From Candidatus Hadarchaeum sp. (lineage in GTDB: Archaea > Hadarchaeota > Hadarchaeia > Hadarchaeales > Hadarchaeaceae), in contig DYTO01000002.1 in assembly GCA_020725895.1 (NCBI GenBank), positions 3,966-67,965 on the forward strand: 64,000 nucleotides of DNA, in the 5' to 3' direction. Position numbers and translations under genes: made by a program. Below are positions 28,275 through 38,002 of the stretch, piece by piece. Within the stretch, counting starts at the first letter, position 1; each line of letters starts with the position of its first letter. The notes under the pieces were generated by a model, which worked only from the letters and a program-made list of their open reading frames with translations, was not told the origin of the DNA and did not search any database.

Positions 28275-29120
28275 TTATCGTCTCCGCACTTCCCTAAATA
28301 CCTCTGGTAGTTTAAGTATGACGTCCGATGCAATGAATTCGTAACCCTTCTCCCCGAGGCAAAGGTCGCCCGCGCGCCCGCAGACCCATGCGCCTGCAGT
28401 CGCAGCCTTGAATGGGTCGGCGCCCTGCGCCAGAAAAGTCCCGACAATCCCAGTCAACACGTCCCCAGTCCCGCCTACAGTCATGCCCGGGTTTCCTGTG
28501 TGGTTTAGTTTCGTACGAGTCGGCGAAGCGATCACGTCCACGTGAGATTTCAAGAGCACGGTACAGCCTATTTTTTTGGCGAAATCTTTCACAATCCTCA
28601 CCCTCGCATCGAGTCCCGACGGCAGCGTGATCCCAGAAAGCGTCCTGAACTCCCCGCCGTGCGGCGTCAAGACCCAGGGCATCCCCTTCACGACTTCTAT
28701 TTTTTTAGACAAGGCTTTCAGCGCATCGGCATCGAACAGCGCGGGTTTTCTCAGCTTTCTCAGCTCGCCAGCGATCCTCAGAACAGCCTTTTCGGTTGCC
28801 GGATTTTCCCCAAGCCCCGGACCGACCACCACGGCATTCGCTTTTTCGATCTTTGCGATGACATCGCCCAGCGCCGACGGTTCCAAGTCCTCACATTTCA
28901 GCTTGATCGTGGTGATGTCCGGCGAAATTGAGTTCATGACCCAGGCCGCCTTTTCGGGCGCCGCTATCGTGGCCAGGTCAATACCAGACCTCAGCGCCGC
29001 CAGCGCGGAAAGCACAGGCGCCCCCACATATCTCGAGCCCCCCCCGATGATCAAAAGCCGGCCGTAGTCCCCTTTGTGGGTATCGGACCTCCTTTTAGGC
29101 AAAATTTCCAACACATCCAT
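28275..29120 (-). CDS. nnrD: NAD(P)HX dehydratase (YjeF C-terminal domain)
   Basis: HKGDYG, GPGLG, DADAL, TPHGGEF, GGTGDVL. Confidence 0.9.
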   Translation of the reverse strand: MDVLEILPKRRSDTHKGDYGRLLIIGGGSRYVGAPVLSALAALRSGIDLATIAAPEKAAWVMNSISPDITTIKLKCEDLEPSALGDVIAKIEKANAVVVGPGLGENPATEKAVLRIAGELRKLRKPALFDADALKALSKKIEVVKGMPWVLTPHGGEFRTLSGITLPSGLDARVRIVKDFAKKIGCTVLLKSHVDVIASPTRTKLNHTGNPGMTVGGTGDVLTGIVGTFLAQGADPFKAATAGAWVCGRAGDLCLGEKGYEFIASDVILKLPEVFREVRRR

Positions 29121-29201
29121 CTTGCAAGCGCTTTTTTCACCCATTTCTCTCAAAATCAGTTGCAGGGCAAGGAATAAAACTTCAACTGTTCATTTTCTTC
29201 T

Positions 29202-30575
29202 ATGCGCAAACAGAAGATTACGAAGACGTCAAAATGGAACGGGGTAGGCCCGAAAGTAGTGGTGGATATCCCCGGCCCCCGTGCGAAAAAGATAGTCGAG
29301 CGCGACAGCAAGGTGATGTCCCCCTCCTACACGCGCGCGGAGGCGATAGTTGCCAGCGATGGCTGGGGCTGCTACGTGCGCGACGTCGACGGGAACGTCC
29401 TGCTTGACCTTTCCTCCGGGATGTTCGTCCTGAACTACGGTTATTCACACCCGCGCCTGATCACGGCGGTCGAGCGCCAGATGAAGAAGCTCACTCACTT
29501 CGCTGGTACTGACTTTTACTACGAGTCGCAGGTCGAGCTCGCGGAGAGGCTCACAAAGATCACACCGGGAAACTTTTCGAAGAGGGTCTACTTCGGAAAC
29601 AGCGGGGCCGAGTCGGTGGAGGCGGCGTTCAAGTGCGCGAGATGGCACACGCGCCGGCCGCGGATAATCTCTTACACCGGCGCATTCCACGGGAGGACAT
29701 TCGGCGCCATGAGCCTTTCGTCCGCGAACGTCCTTCACCACAGGAACTTCTCGCCATTGGTGCCGGGCGTCAGCTTCATGCCCTATCCATACTGTTACCG
29801 CTGCCCGTTCGGCAAGGAGTGCCCTGACTGCGGCTTTGCGTGCATAGACTTCATTAGGGACCAGCTCAGGAAGGTCGTCCCTCCGGAGGAAGTGGCGGCA
29901 GTCATAACCGAGCCCATCCAGGGAACTTCGGGATACATCGTCCCGCCCGACGGATATTTCAACGAGATCAAAAAGCTCTGCGAGGAGAACGATTGGATTT
30001 TCATAGCCGACGAGATCCAGACTGGACTCGGGCGCACGGGCAAGATGTTCGCGATGGAGCACTGGGGAGTCGTCCCCGACATCGTCTGCATCGCGAAGGC
30101 GCTCTCGGGCGGCATCGCGCCAATCGGGGCGACCATCGCGAAGGCCAAGGTCATGGACTGGGAGCCGGGCGCGCACGCCTCGACTTTCGGCGGGAACCTC
30201 GTCGCATGCGCGGCGGCTATCGAAGGCATGAAGATAATCGAGGAGCAAAATCTGGTGAAGAATGCTGCGAAGATGGGAGACTACATGTTCAAGCGCCTGA
30301 AGGAACTCGAGGAGAAATCCAAGCTGATCGGAGAGGTCAGGGGGAAGGGTCTCCTTCTCGGGTTGGAGATGGTCAAGGACAAGCGCACGAAGGAGCGCGC
30401 TCCAAAGGAGAGGAACATGCTGGTCGAAGAGGCCCTGAGGCGTGGGCTGATAGTTTTCCGCGGCGGCCGCTCGGTCATCAGGATAGCCCCGCCGTTGATA
30501 ATCCAGCCGGAAGAGCTGGAGCTCGGCCTGAACATCTTCGAGGAATCCCTGCGAGAGGTAGAGCGCAAAGTTTGA
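29202..30575 (+). CDS. Class III PLP aminotransferase (acetylornithine/GABA-AT-like)
   Basis: NSGAES, FHGRT, DEIQTGLGRTG, AKALSGG, STFGGN. Confidence 0.9.
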   Translation: MRKQKITKTSKWNGVGPKVVVDIPGPRAKKIVERDSKVMSPSYTRAEAIVASDGWGCYVRDVDGNVLLDLSSGMFVLNYGYSHPRLITAVERQMKKLTHFAGTDFYYESQVELAERLTKITPGNFSKRVYFGNSGAESVEAAFKCARWHTRRPRIISYTGAFHGRTFGAMSLSSANVLHHRNFSPLVPGVSFMPYPYCYRCPFGKECPDCGFACIDFIRDQLRKVVPPEEVAAVITEPIQGTSGYIVPPDGYFNEIKKLCEENDWIFIADEIQTGLGRTGKMFAMEHWGVVPDIVCIAKALSGGIAPIGATIAKAKVMDWEPGAHASTFGGNLVACAAAIEGMKIIEEQNLVKNAAKMGDYMFKRLKELEEKSKLIGEVRGKGLLLGLEMVKDKRTKERAPKERNMLVEEALRRGLIVFRGGRSVIRIAPPLIIQPEELELGLNIFEESLREVERKV

Positions 30576-30593
30576 TCGAAGACAGGTGAAAAA

Positions 30594-31904
30594 ATGCTCA
30601 TACTCAAATCTCACTTCAAGTCCAGAAACGGGAACCTGATCATCGGTGAGCTCGATGTCGTCGAGCTCGCGAAGAGGTTCGGGACCCCGCTTTACGTGAT
30701 GGACGAGCAGCGCATCCGCGAGAAGTACAGAAAGTTTTACGCGGCGTTTTCAAGCAGATGGCCAAGTGTCCTCGTCTGCTACGCTTTGAAGGCCAACTCC
30801 AACTTGGCGATCGCCAAGATATTGAAGAGCGAGGGGGCAGGCGCGGACGTGAGCTCCGACAACGAGATGAGGATCGCTCTCCAAGCAGGCGTCCCAGGAA
30901 CGAAGATGGTCTTCAACGGCAACCACAAGAGCCCGTCGGAGTTGAAGCTGGCGATAGAGAACAACGTCATGATAAACGTAGACAGTTTCCAGGAGCTGGA
31001 AGCGATCGAAGCCATCACGTCCAAATTAAAGCTCCGAGCCAGGATCAGCTTCCGGGTTAACCCGGACGTCCAGGCGTCCACCCATCCTTACATCGCCACG
31101 GGGCTGAGGGAAAGCAAGTTCGGTTTCGACGTGGCGAGTGGACAGGCCTTCAGCGCGTACAGGCGCGCTCTCGACATGAACAACGTCGAGGTCGTCGGGA
31201 TGCACGCGAACATAGGTTCTCAGATTCTGGAACCCGAGCCCTTCGAGGAAGAGGCCAGGAAGCTGATGGCTCTTGTCGTGGAGCTGAAAGAGAAACTGAA
31301 CGTCTTCATCTCCGTGATGGACTTCGGCGGCGGGATAGGCATACCCTACAAGCCCGAGGAGAAGGAACTGGACCCGAACGTCGTCGCCGAGCGCATGGTC
31401 TCCGTGGTCAAGAGCGTGACGGAGGAGAAGGACCTGCCGAAGCCCACGCTGATGTTCGAGCCGGGCAGGTACATGGTCGGAGATTCGGGCGTGCTTCTGA
31501 CGAAGGTCGGGTACACGAAGGAGCGACCCGGAATCCCAACGTGGATTTTCATCGACGCCGGGATGAACGCTTTGATAAGGCCAGCGCTTTACGGAGCATA
31601 CCATCACATCGAGGTCGCGAACAAGCTCGAGAACAAGAATGATTTCGAGTACAACGTCGGCGGCCCCCTTTGCGAGTCCGGCGATTTCCTAGGAAAGAAC
31701 CGAAAGCTGGCGAAGGTCGAGCAGAACGACTTGGTGGCGGTTTTTGACGTCGGGGCTTACGGCCTCGCGATGTCGAACCAGCACACGGCCCAGTCGCGGC
31801 CCGCGGTGGTCCTAGTCAACCGCAACAAGGCGGAGATAGTCAGGAAGAGGGAGACTTTCGAAGATTTGACGAGGCTGGATCAGATCCCGGAGTGGCTGAA
31901 ATGA
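30594..31904 (+). CDS. lysA: Diaminopimelate decarboxylase
   Basis: YALKAN, SKFG, EPGRY, CESGD. Confidence 0.95.
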   Translation: MLILKSHFKSRNGNLIIGELDVVELAKRFGTPLYVMDEQRIREKYRKFYAAFSSRWPSVLVCYALKANSNLAIAKILKSEGAGADVSSDNEMRIALQAGVPGTKMVFNGNHKSPSELKLAIENNVMINVDSFQELEAIEAITSKLKLRARISFRVNPDVQASTHPYIATGLRESKFGFDVASGQAFSAYRRALDMNNVEVVGMHANIGSQILEPEPFEEEARKLMALVVELKEKLNVFISVMDFGGGIGIPYKPEEKELDPNVVAERMVSVVKSVTEEKDLPKPTLMFEPGRYMVGDSGVLLTKVGYTKERPGIPTWIFIDAGMNALIRPALYGAYHHIEVANKLENKNDFEYNVGGPLCESGDFLGKNRKLAKVEQNDLVAVFDVGAYGLAMSNQHTAQSRPAVVLVNRNKAEIVRKRETFEDLTRLDQIPEWLK

Positions 31905-33130
31905 AACGCATTGTCGTGAAATTCGGCGGCACAAGCGTGGGGAACCTTAATCGCGTCCGGAAGGATGCAGAGGCAGTCTACCGGGAGTTCAAGAAGGGCA
32001 ACCAGATCGCGGTCGTCGTCTCTGCGATGGGGCACACGACGGACGCGCTGATTGACGCGGCGAAGAAAATACTCGGGAACGTCAGCAACAAGGAGATGGA
32101 TTTCATCATGGCGTTGGGGGAGCGATCAAGCGCGAGCATTTTCTCGGCGGCCCTGAGGAGCCTCGGCGCGAAGTCGAGGGCGGTCGACCCGAGCGAAGTC
32201 GAGTGGCCGGTCATCACGGACAGCAACCACAGGGCAGCGAACATAGACCTCCAGGAAACAACGCGCAGGGTTAGAAAGTACATCGAGCCGATGATAGAAT
32301 GCGGCACAATCCCCGTGATTTGCGGATTTCTCGGCAGGGACAGGAAGGGCGACATAACGACGATCGGAAGGGGGGGCAGCGACATAACGGGTTTCTTGAT
32401 AGGGAAATGCCTGGACGCGGACGAGGTCGTGATCGTCACGGACGTTGACGGCGTTATGACCGCAGACCCGAACAGCATCTCACGCGCGAAAGTCCTGCAG
32501 AAGGTAACAGTCGAGGAGATGCGGGACTTGGCAAGGTTCGGCGCCCAGGTCATGCACCCGCGTGCCATGGCGTACAAGGACCCGCACATTGACGCGAAAG
32601 TGATCAATTTCGCCAAGTACAATCTGTCCGCGCCGGGGACCACGATAACGGGCCCGAGCGAGGAGGAGTTCGTGGGAGTGAAGTTGCAGGACGAGCCGCT
32701 GGCGATGCTGACGGTGGTGGGCGAGGAGATGCAGACGACGCCCGGAGTTCTGGTGAAGACCTCGACGCCGGTGAGCAGGGCAGGGATAAACATTTTTGGA
32801 GTGTCAATCGGCCCCAGGTCGTTCTCGCTCTACGTCGCCGAGAGGGACGTCGACAGGGCCACGAAGCTCATCCATGACGTGATAATCAAGACGAAGAAGA
32901 TGAAGTCGATCACGGCCCAGAAGGGGCTTGCGATGGTTATAGCGGAGAGCGAGAGGTTCATATACACGCCGGGAGTGATCGCGAAGCTCACGATGCCGCT
33001 CTCTCAATCTGGTATAAACATCGTGGAGATATTGTCGAGCCGCGCCTCGATAAGTTTCTTCGTGGACTGGGAGGACAGGGAGAAGGCCTTGTCTTTATTT
33101 GAAAAGACCATGAAGGAGATTGTGAGCTGA
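31901..33130 (+). CDS. lysC: Aspartate kinase
   Basis: VVKFGGTSV, VVSAMG, GRGGSD, TDVDG, ACT domains. Confidence 0.95.
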   Translation: MKRIVVKFGGTSVGNLNRVRKDAEAVYREFKKGNQIAVVVSAMGHTTDALIDAAKKILGNVSNKEMDFIMALGERSSASIFSAALRSLGAKSRAVDPSEVEWPVITDSNHRAANIDLQETTRRVRKYIEPMIECGTIPVICGFLGRDRKGDITTIGRGGSDITGFLIGKCLDADEVVIVTDVDGVMTADPNSISRAKVLQKVTVEEMRDLARFGAQVMHPRAMAYKDPHIDAKVINFAKYNLSAPGTTITGPSEEEFVGVKLQDEPLAMLTVVGEEMQTTPGVLVKTSTPVSRAGINIFGVSIGPRSFSLYVAERDVDRATKLIHDVIIKTKKMKSITAQKGLAMVIAESERFIYTPGVIAKLTMPLSQSGINIVEILSSRASISFFVDWEDREKALSLFEKTMKEIVS

Positions 33131-34012
33131 ATGTTCGAAGGCGCATTGACTGCGATGGTGACCCCGTTTGACAAGGAAGGTAACGTTGACGAGAAGGGCC
33201 TCAGAAAGAACGTCGAGTTCCAGATGAAGAAGGGGATAGATGGGCTTGTCCCCGTGGGCACTACTGGCGAGTGTGCCACAGTTTCTTACGAGGAGCACAA
33301 TCAGATAGTGGACATAGTCATCGATGCCGCGAGAGGCAGGGTGCCAGTCCTTCCCGGCACGGGGAGCAACAGCACATGGGAGGCGATAATGCTCACGAAG
33401 CACGCTGAGGAGGCCGGGGCCGACGGGGCGCTCCTCGTCTGCCCTTACTACAACAGGCCTACGCAGGCGGGGCTCTACGCTCACTTCAAGAAGATCGCTG
33501 AGGAGGTAGACATCCCGCAGATAATATACAACATCCCGTCGAGGACTGGCGTGAACATGCTTCCGGAGACGATGGCGAAGCTGGCGAAGCTGAGGAACGT
33601 CGCGGGGGTGAAGGAGGCGACGGGGGACATGAAGCAGGTGGCGAAGGTCATTGAGCTCACGAAGGGTAGCAATTTCCTCGTTACTTCGGGAAACGATTCG
33701 GACACTCTCGATGTCATAAGGCTCGGCGGCGTCGGCGTGATTTCCGTCGCTTCGAACATAATCCCCGACAGGGTGGTCGAGCTCGTGAAGGTCGCGCGCA
33801 GCGGGGACTTTGAGCGAGCGAAGAAGATCCACGACGAACTCACGCCGATTTTCAAGAACCTATTCATAGAGACGAACCCGGCGCCAGTGAAGACGGCGAT
33901 GAACTGGATGGGTCTGCCCGCGGGAGGGCTTAGGCTGCCTCTGGTGGGGATGCTGCCGGAGAACCAGAATATTTTGCGCGAAACTCTCGTGAAGGCTGGC
34001 TTGTTGAAATGA
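33131..34012 (+). CDS. dapA: 4-hydroxy-tetrahydrodipicolinate synthase
   Basis: GTTGE, YNIPSRTG, GVKEA, ETNP. Confidence 0.96.
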   Translation: MFEGALTAMVTPFDKEGNVDEKGLRKNVEFQMKKGIDGLVPVGTTGECATVSYEEHNQIVDIVIDAARGRVPVLPGTGSNSTWEAIMLTKHAEEAGADGALLVCPYYNRPTQAGLYAHFKKIAEEVDIPQIIYNIPSRTGVNMLPETMAKLAKLRNVAGVKEATGDMKQVAKVIELTKGSNFLVTSGNDSDTLDVIRLGGVGVISVASNIIPDRVVELVKVARSGDFERAKKIHDELTPIFKNLFIETNPAPVKTAMNWMGLPAGGLRLPLVGMLPENQNILRETLVKAGLLK

Positions 34013-34782
34013 TTAGCGTGGCTGTTGCAGGCGCTTGCGGGCGCATGGGTAAGATGATTGTTGGCCAGATTTCGAAGCAGAAGGACATGAAGCTCGTCGC
34101 GGCGATCGATGCTGACGATGCGCCGCAGCTCGGGAAGGATATCGGCGAGGTGGCCGGGTTTGGGAAGTTGGACGTCAAAGTGGTAGGCGCCAGCAAGATT
34201 GCGGAAGTTCTGAAAAAGTCGAAGCCGGACGTCTTGGTAGATTTCACAAGGGCCGAGGCCGCGGTCCAGAACGTCAAAGCCGCTTCGAAGTCAGGTGTCC
34301 ACGTCGTGGTGGGCACGACGGGGTTCACGGAGGAGCAGAAGAAGGAGATCGAAGGTGCGGTCAGGTCGGGAAAGATCAAGGCGGTGGTTTCTCCGAACAT
34401 GTCTGTCGGGGTCAACGTTTTTTTCAAGCAGGTCGGAGAGACCGCGAAGAAGTTAGGCAGGGATTACAAGGTCGAGATAGTGGAGGTCCATCACGTCCAC
34501 AAGAAGGACGCACCGAGCGGCACCGCAAAGAAGGCAGCGCAGATAATCGCGGAAGTCCTTAGCATCGCGGAGAGCGAGATTGAGATCAAGTCAGTCAGGG
34601 AGGGGGAAGTCGTGGGCGAGCACACAGTAATCTTCTCAAGCCCATGGGAGCAGGTAGAGGTCATCCACCGTGCGAAGAGCCGCGAGACTTTCGCCGCGGG
34701 CGTCGTGAGGGCCGTGAGATACCTGGCGAAATGTGGCAAGCTTGGAGAAATCCAAGACATGCAGGATGCACTAGGGTTGTAA
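34009..34782 (+). CDS. dapB: 4-hydroxy-tetrahydrodipicolinate reductase
   Basis: GACGRMG, GTTG, HHVHKKDAPSGTA. Confidence 0.96.
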   Translation: MISVAVAGACGRMGKMIVGQISKQKDMKLVAAIDADDAPQLGKDIGEVAGFGKLDVKVVGASKIAEVLKKSKPDVLVDFTRAEAAVQNVKAASKSGVHVVVGTTGFTEEQKKEIEGAVRSGKIKAVVSPNMSVGVNVFFKQVGETAKKLGRDYKVEIVEVHHVHKKDAPSGTAKKAAQIIAEVLSIAESEIEIKSVREGEVVGEHTVIFSSPWEQVEVIHRAKSRETFAAGVVRAVRYLAKCGKLGEIQDMQDALGL

Positions 34783-34791
34783 TTTTTTCAA

Positions 34792-34902
34792 TTATTTCTT
34801 GTGATAGGGGCAAGGCCGTCCACTCTTGCAGAACCTGCACTTGTCCTTGCCAGGTGGTTGTGGCAGAGGCCCGACCATATGTCCGTACTTCCTGCGCGGC
34901 AA
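34792..34902 (-). CDS. Putative Zn-finger microprotein (36 aa)
   Basis: Manual translation from TTG: MPRRKYGHMVGPLPQPPGKDKCRFCKSGRPCPYHKK; GTGA upstream. Confidence 0.5.
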   Translation of the reverse strand: MPRRKYGHMVGPLPQPPGKDKCRFCKSGRPCPYHKK

Positions 34903-35007
34903 TCGATCACTAAAAAAACGTCGCGTCTGCCGTTATGAATATTGTGTTAACATTTTGTAAACGGTTGGTATTTTAAATCCCGCAATAATACGGTAAAAGG
35001 TGAAAGA

Positions 35008-36147
35008 ATGGAAAAAATCCCAGTGGCAATACTTGGAGCGACGGGCGAGGTCGGCCAGAACTTCGTGACGAACCTCCAGAACCACCCGTGGTTCGAGATC
35101 GCCGCGCTCTACGCCTCGGAGAGGTCGGCGGGGAAGAGCTATGCGGCCGCGATTGATTACGGCAAGGAGACTTCCAGATGGTTCTGTCACGAGAAGCCAC
35201 TTAAGAAAATCATGGACATCAAGGTCAAGAACGTCGACAAAGTCGACGCAGGCGAGTGCAAGCTCTTCTTCTCGGCGCTGCCCTCCGAGGTCGCGCTCGA
35301 GGCCGAGGGGAGGGTCGCGAAGGAAAAACCGGTCGTCAGCACAGCATCATCCTACCGATATTTCGAGGACAGCTTCACTTACCTGCCGGGCGTTAACGAG
35401 TCGCACACTAAGATGATAGAGATACAGCGCAAAAGTCGCGGCTGGAAGGGCTACGTCGTCCCGCAGCCGAACTGCACGACGATAGGCCTTGCGATGTCAT
35501 TGAAGCCAATTTACGACGAGTTCGGACTGAAGAGAGTCACGATGGCTTCGATGCAGGCAGTCTCGGGCGCCGGGTACGCCGCGATAGCGGAGTGGGCGAA
35601 GCAGAGGAAGACGATGGGAGGGGAGCTGCCGTGCGACATGCAAAACTTCGTCCAGAAGACTTTCGAAGGCAACGTCATCCCATACATCAAGGACGAGGAG
35701 TCCAAGGTCAAGAAAGAGACAGTCAAGCTCTTGGGGAAATTCTCCGGCGGGAAGATCGAGCCAGCGAAGTTCAAGGTCGCCTGCAAGTGCAACCGCGTCC
35801 CGGTGATCCACGGCCACACTGAGTCTGTCTTCATCGAGACGGTGGAGAAGTGCTTGGTGGACGACCTGAAGAGTGCCTGGAGGAGCTACAGGGGCGAGCT
35901 ACAGAAACTTGACCTGCCGCTCGCGCCGAAGCACCCGATAGTGGTGATGGACGAGGCGGACAGGCCGCAGCCCAGGTTCGACTCCTACGTCGAGAATGGC
36001 ATGGCCGCGGTGATCGGCGGCGTCGAGACTAACGTTTACGAGAACGGGTTCCAGTACACTGTTCTCTCGCACAACGTCGAGCTCGGCGCGGCGCGAGGAG
36101 CAGTCCTAGCGGGCGAGTTCCTGCACAAGACCGGACTGATAAAGTGA
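35008..36147 (+). CDS. asd: Aspartate-semialdehyde dehydrogenase
   Basis: GATGEVG, PNCTT, QAVSGAG, RVPVIHGH. Confidence 0.95.
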   Translation: MEKIPVAILGATGEVGQNFVTNLQNHPWFEIAALYASERSAGKSYAAAIDYGKETSRWFCHEKPLKKIMDIKVKNVDKVDAGECKLFFSALPSEVALEAEGRVAKEKPVVSTASSYRYFEDSFTYLPGVNESHTKMIEIQRKSRGWKGYVVPQPNCTTIGLAMSLKPIYDEFGLKRVTMASMQAVSGAGYAAIAEWAKQRKTMGGELPCDMQNFVQKTFEGNVIPYIKDEESKVKKETVKLLGKFSGGKIEPAKFKVACKCNRVPVIHGHTESVFIETVEKCLVDDLKSAWRSYRGELQKLDLPLAPKHPIVVMDEADRPQPRFDSYVENGMAAVIGGVETNVYENGFQYTVLSHNVELGAARGAVLAGEFLHKTGLIK

Positions 36148-37074
36148 AAATCATGGACTCCAGAGGAATATCCACTCTTTTGGTCGTCGGGATTGTTATA
36201 GTTGCGATGGCCGGTTCCGGCGCTTACTTTCTTTTGTCGAGAGGAGGCGGTCCGACGGGCAGCTCCGGGACAGGTTCGGAAGATTCTGCCCTCACCCAGC
36301 TAACATATTCAAACTCTGACTTATCCAGATTGGAACCCGGACGGCAGCAAGCTGGTGTACACTCGCGTCACAGGTTCGGGATATGAGCTTTGGATTGTCA
36401 ACGCGGACGGTAGCGGCGCCACCAAAATAGGCGGCGGGTTTGATCCATCTTGGAGCCCAAACGCTGACACAATTGCGTACACCCTCGACGGCGAAATATA
36501 CACTATAAGCTCGAGCGGCGGCAGCGTGACCAAACTAACGACCCAAGGCGGGGACAATCCCGCTTGGAGCCCCGATGGGACGAAGATTGCTTACGCGAGG
36601 TGAGGTTCGATATGGGTGATGAACTCCGATGGAAGCGGGAACACAAATCTAACGTCCGTCTCCGATGGATATTGTTCCTGGCCATCCTACAGCTACGATG
36701 GGACAAAAATAGTTTACATAAAAGGGGAGTCACCCAGTGCGCCGGGCACAGAGCAAACTTCCTCCAACGAAATCTGGACAATGGGCAGCGACGGCTCAAG
36801 CAAGCAGAAAATATACGGAGAAGGGAACACATACAACCTGATTTTCCAGCGGGCATGGAACAGCAGCGACAAAATACTTTTCATGAGGACCGCCATACCG
36901 CTTAGCCCGCCGGACGTTTGGGTGATGAGCCCCGACGGCTCGGGCGCCACAGTCGTTCTTGACTCGGACAGCTATACTTACGGAGACCCCGTCTGGAACA
37001 ACGCCGGCGACAAAATTGCGATCATAAAGGGCGAGGAAACCTCACAGAACGTATTTATTTTATCTTTGCCCTGA
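36144..37074 (+). pseudogene. Secreted TolB-like (PD40) beta-propeller, disrupted by a frameshift (near 36320) and an in-frame TGA (36601-36603)
   Basis: Repeated PxWSPDG motifs across three ORF pieces; N-terminal class III-like signal peptide. Confidence 0.75.
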
Positions 37075-37097
37075 TGTTTTGTAGTTGAGGTGACTGA

Positions 37098-38000
37098 GTG
37101 AAAAACAGCGGCATATCATCAATGGTCGTCGTCATGATCATAGTTGTTGGTTTGGCCGCAGGTGTCGGCGCATATCTTTTGGTTTCCGGTCCGAAGGTTG
37201 CTTCACCCGGCAGCACGAGAGAGAACCAATCGGAGGGCCCGTTTCCCAATTCGCCGTACTATCACCGCGTCTATTCCGCCACGTCATCGGACGGCATCAG
37301 CTGGGTCGTCGACAACACTTTGCTGTTCGACCACGCCTCCGTCCCAGGAGCGGTCTACTTCGATAACAAGCTGTACGTCTATTTTGTCAACGCCGAGGAT
37401 TGGCAGAACGAAAAATTGAGTGTGGCGATAAGCGAGGACCGCGGCGCGACTTTCACGACCCAAGATGTCCAGATAACAGGCTCCAACAGCCCCTACCCCG
37501 TGGACCCCGCCCCGATAATAGACAACGGCAAAATCCGGCTGACATACTTGGGGAACTTCGGCCAGATGGGTCAGGGCGAGGCCGGTAAGATCGTCACCGC
37601 GACTTCCTCGGACGGCATCAATTTCACGGAAGGCGGAGTCATCGTGAATGGGAACTTCACCGACCCGGACCTTTTCTATGACGATGTCGGCGGGCAGTGG
37701 GTACTGTTCCTGAGCCCGACGATGACTAAAGAAACGGCCTCCTCTCTGTCATCATCTTTCGTCCCCGATTCGGGTTTCAGCTGGAACGGCAGCGTCTCGT
37801 CTACCCACAAGATCGGGAACAAGTTCTACACATACTACATCAGCGAAGGCGAAATTTCGGTGGCGGAGTACTCTAACGGGAGTCTCACGAAAGTCGCTGA
37901 CGGGATTTTGAACTACCAGGGATTGAACGCCGACCCGTCAGTTGCGATATTTGGCGATAATGATTACAAGATGTTCTTCAAGACGCAGGTAAACTCGTGA
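37098..38000 (+). CDS. Secreted beta-propeller protein (GH43/32-like repeats)
   Basis: Signal peptide; repeated ATSSDG, DP and Asp-box-like SEDRG motifs. Confidence 0.65.
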   Translation: MKNSGISSMVVVMIIVVGLAAGVGAYLLVSGPKVASPGSTRENQSEGPFPNSPYYHRVYSATSSDGISWVVDNTLLFDHASVPGAVYFDNKLYVYFVNAEDWQNEKLSVAISEDRGATFTTQDVQITGSNSPYPVDPAPIIDNGKIRLTYLGNFGQMGQGEAGKIVTATSSDGINFTEGGVIVNGNFTDPDLFYDDVGGQWVLFLSPTMTKETASSLSSSFVPDSGFSWNGSVSSTHKIGNKFYTYYISEGEISVAEYSNGSLTKVADGILNYQGLNADPSVAIFGDNDYKMFFKTQVNS

Positions 38001-38002
38001 GC

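Noticed and set aside
35570..35670. Apparent insertion in asd as an in-frame intron
   Set aside because: No BHB structure; a helical segment of similar length occurs in other Asd subfamilies
36300..36340. TolB-like frameshift as another mRNA BHB intron
   Set aside because: No BHB fold; the motif spacing fits a small deletion and a second lesion (TGA) follows
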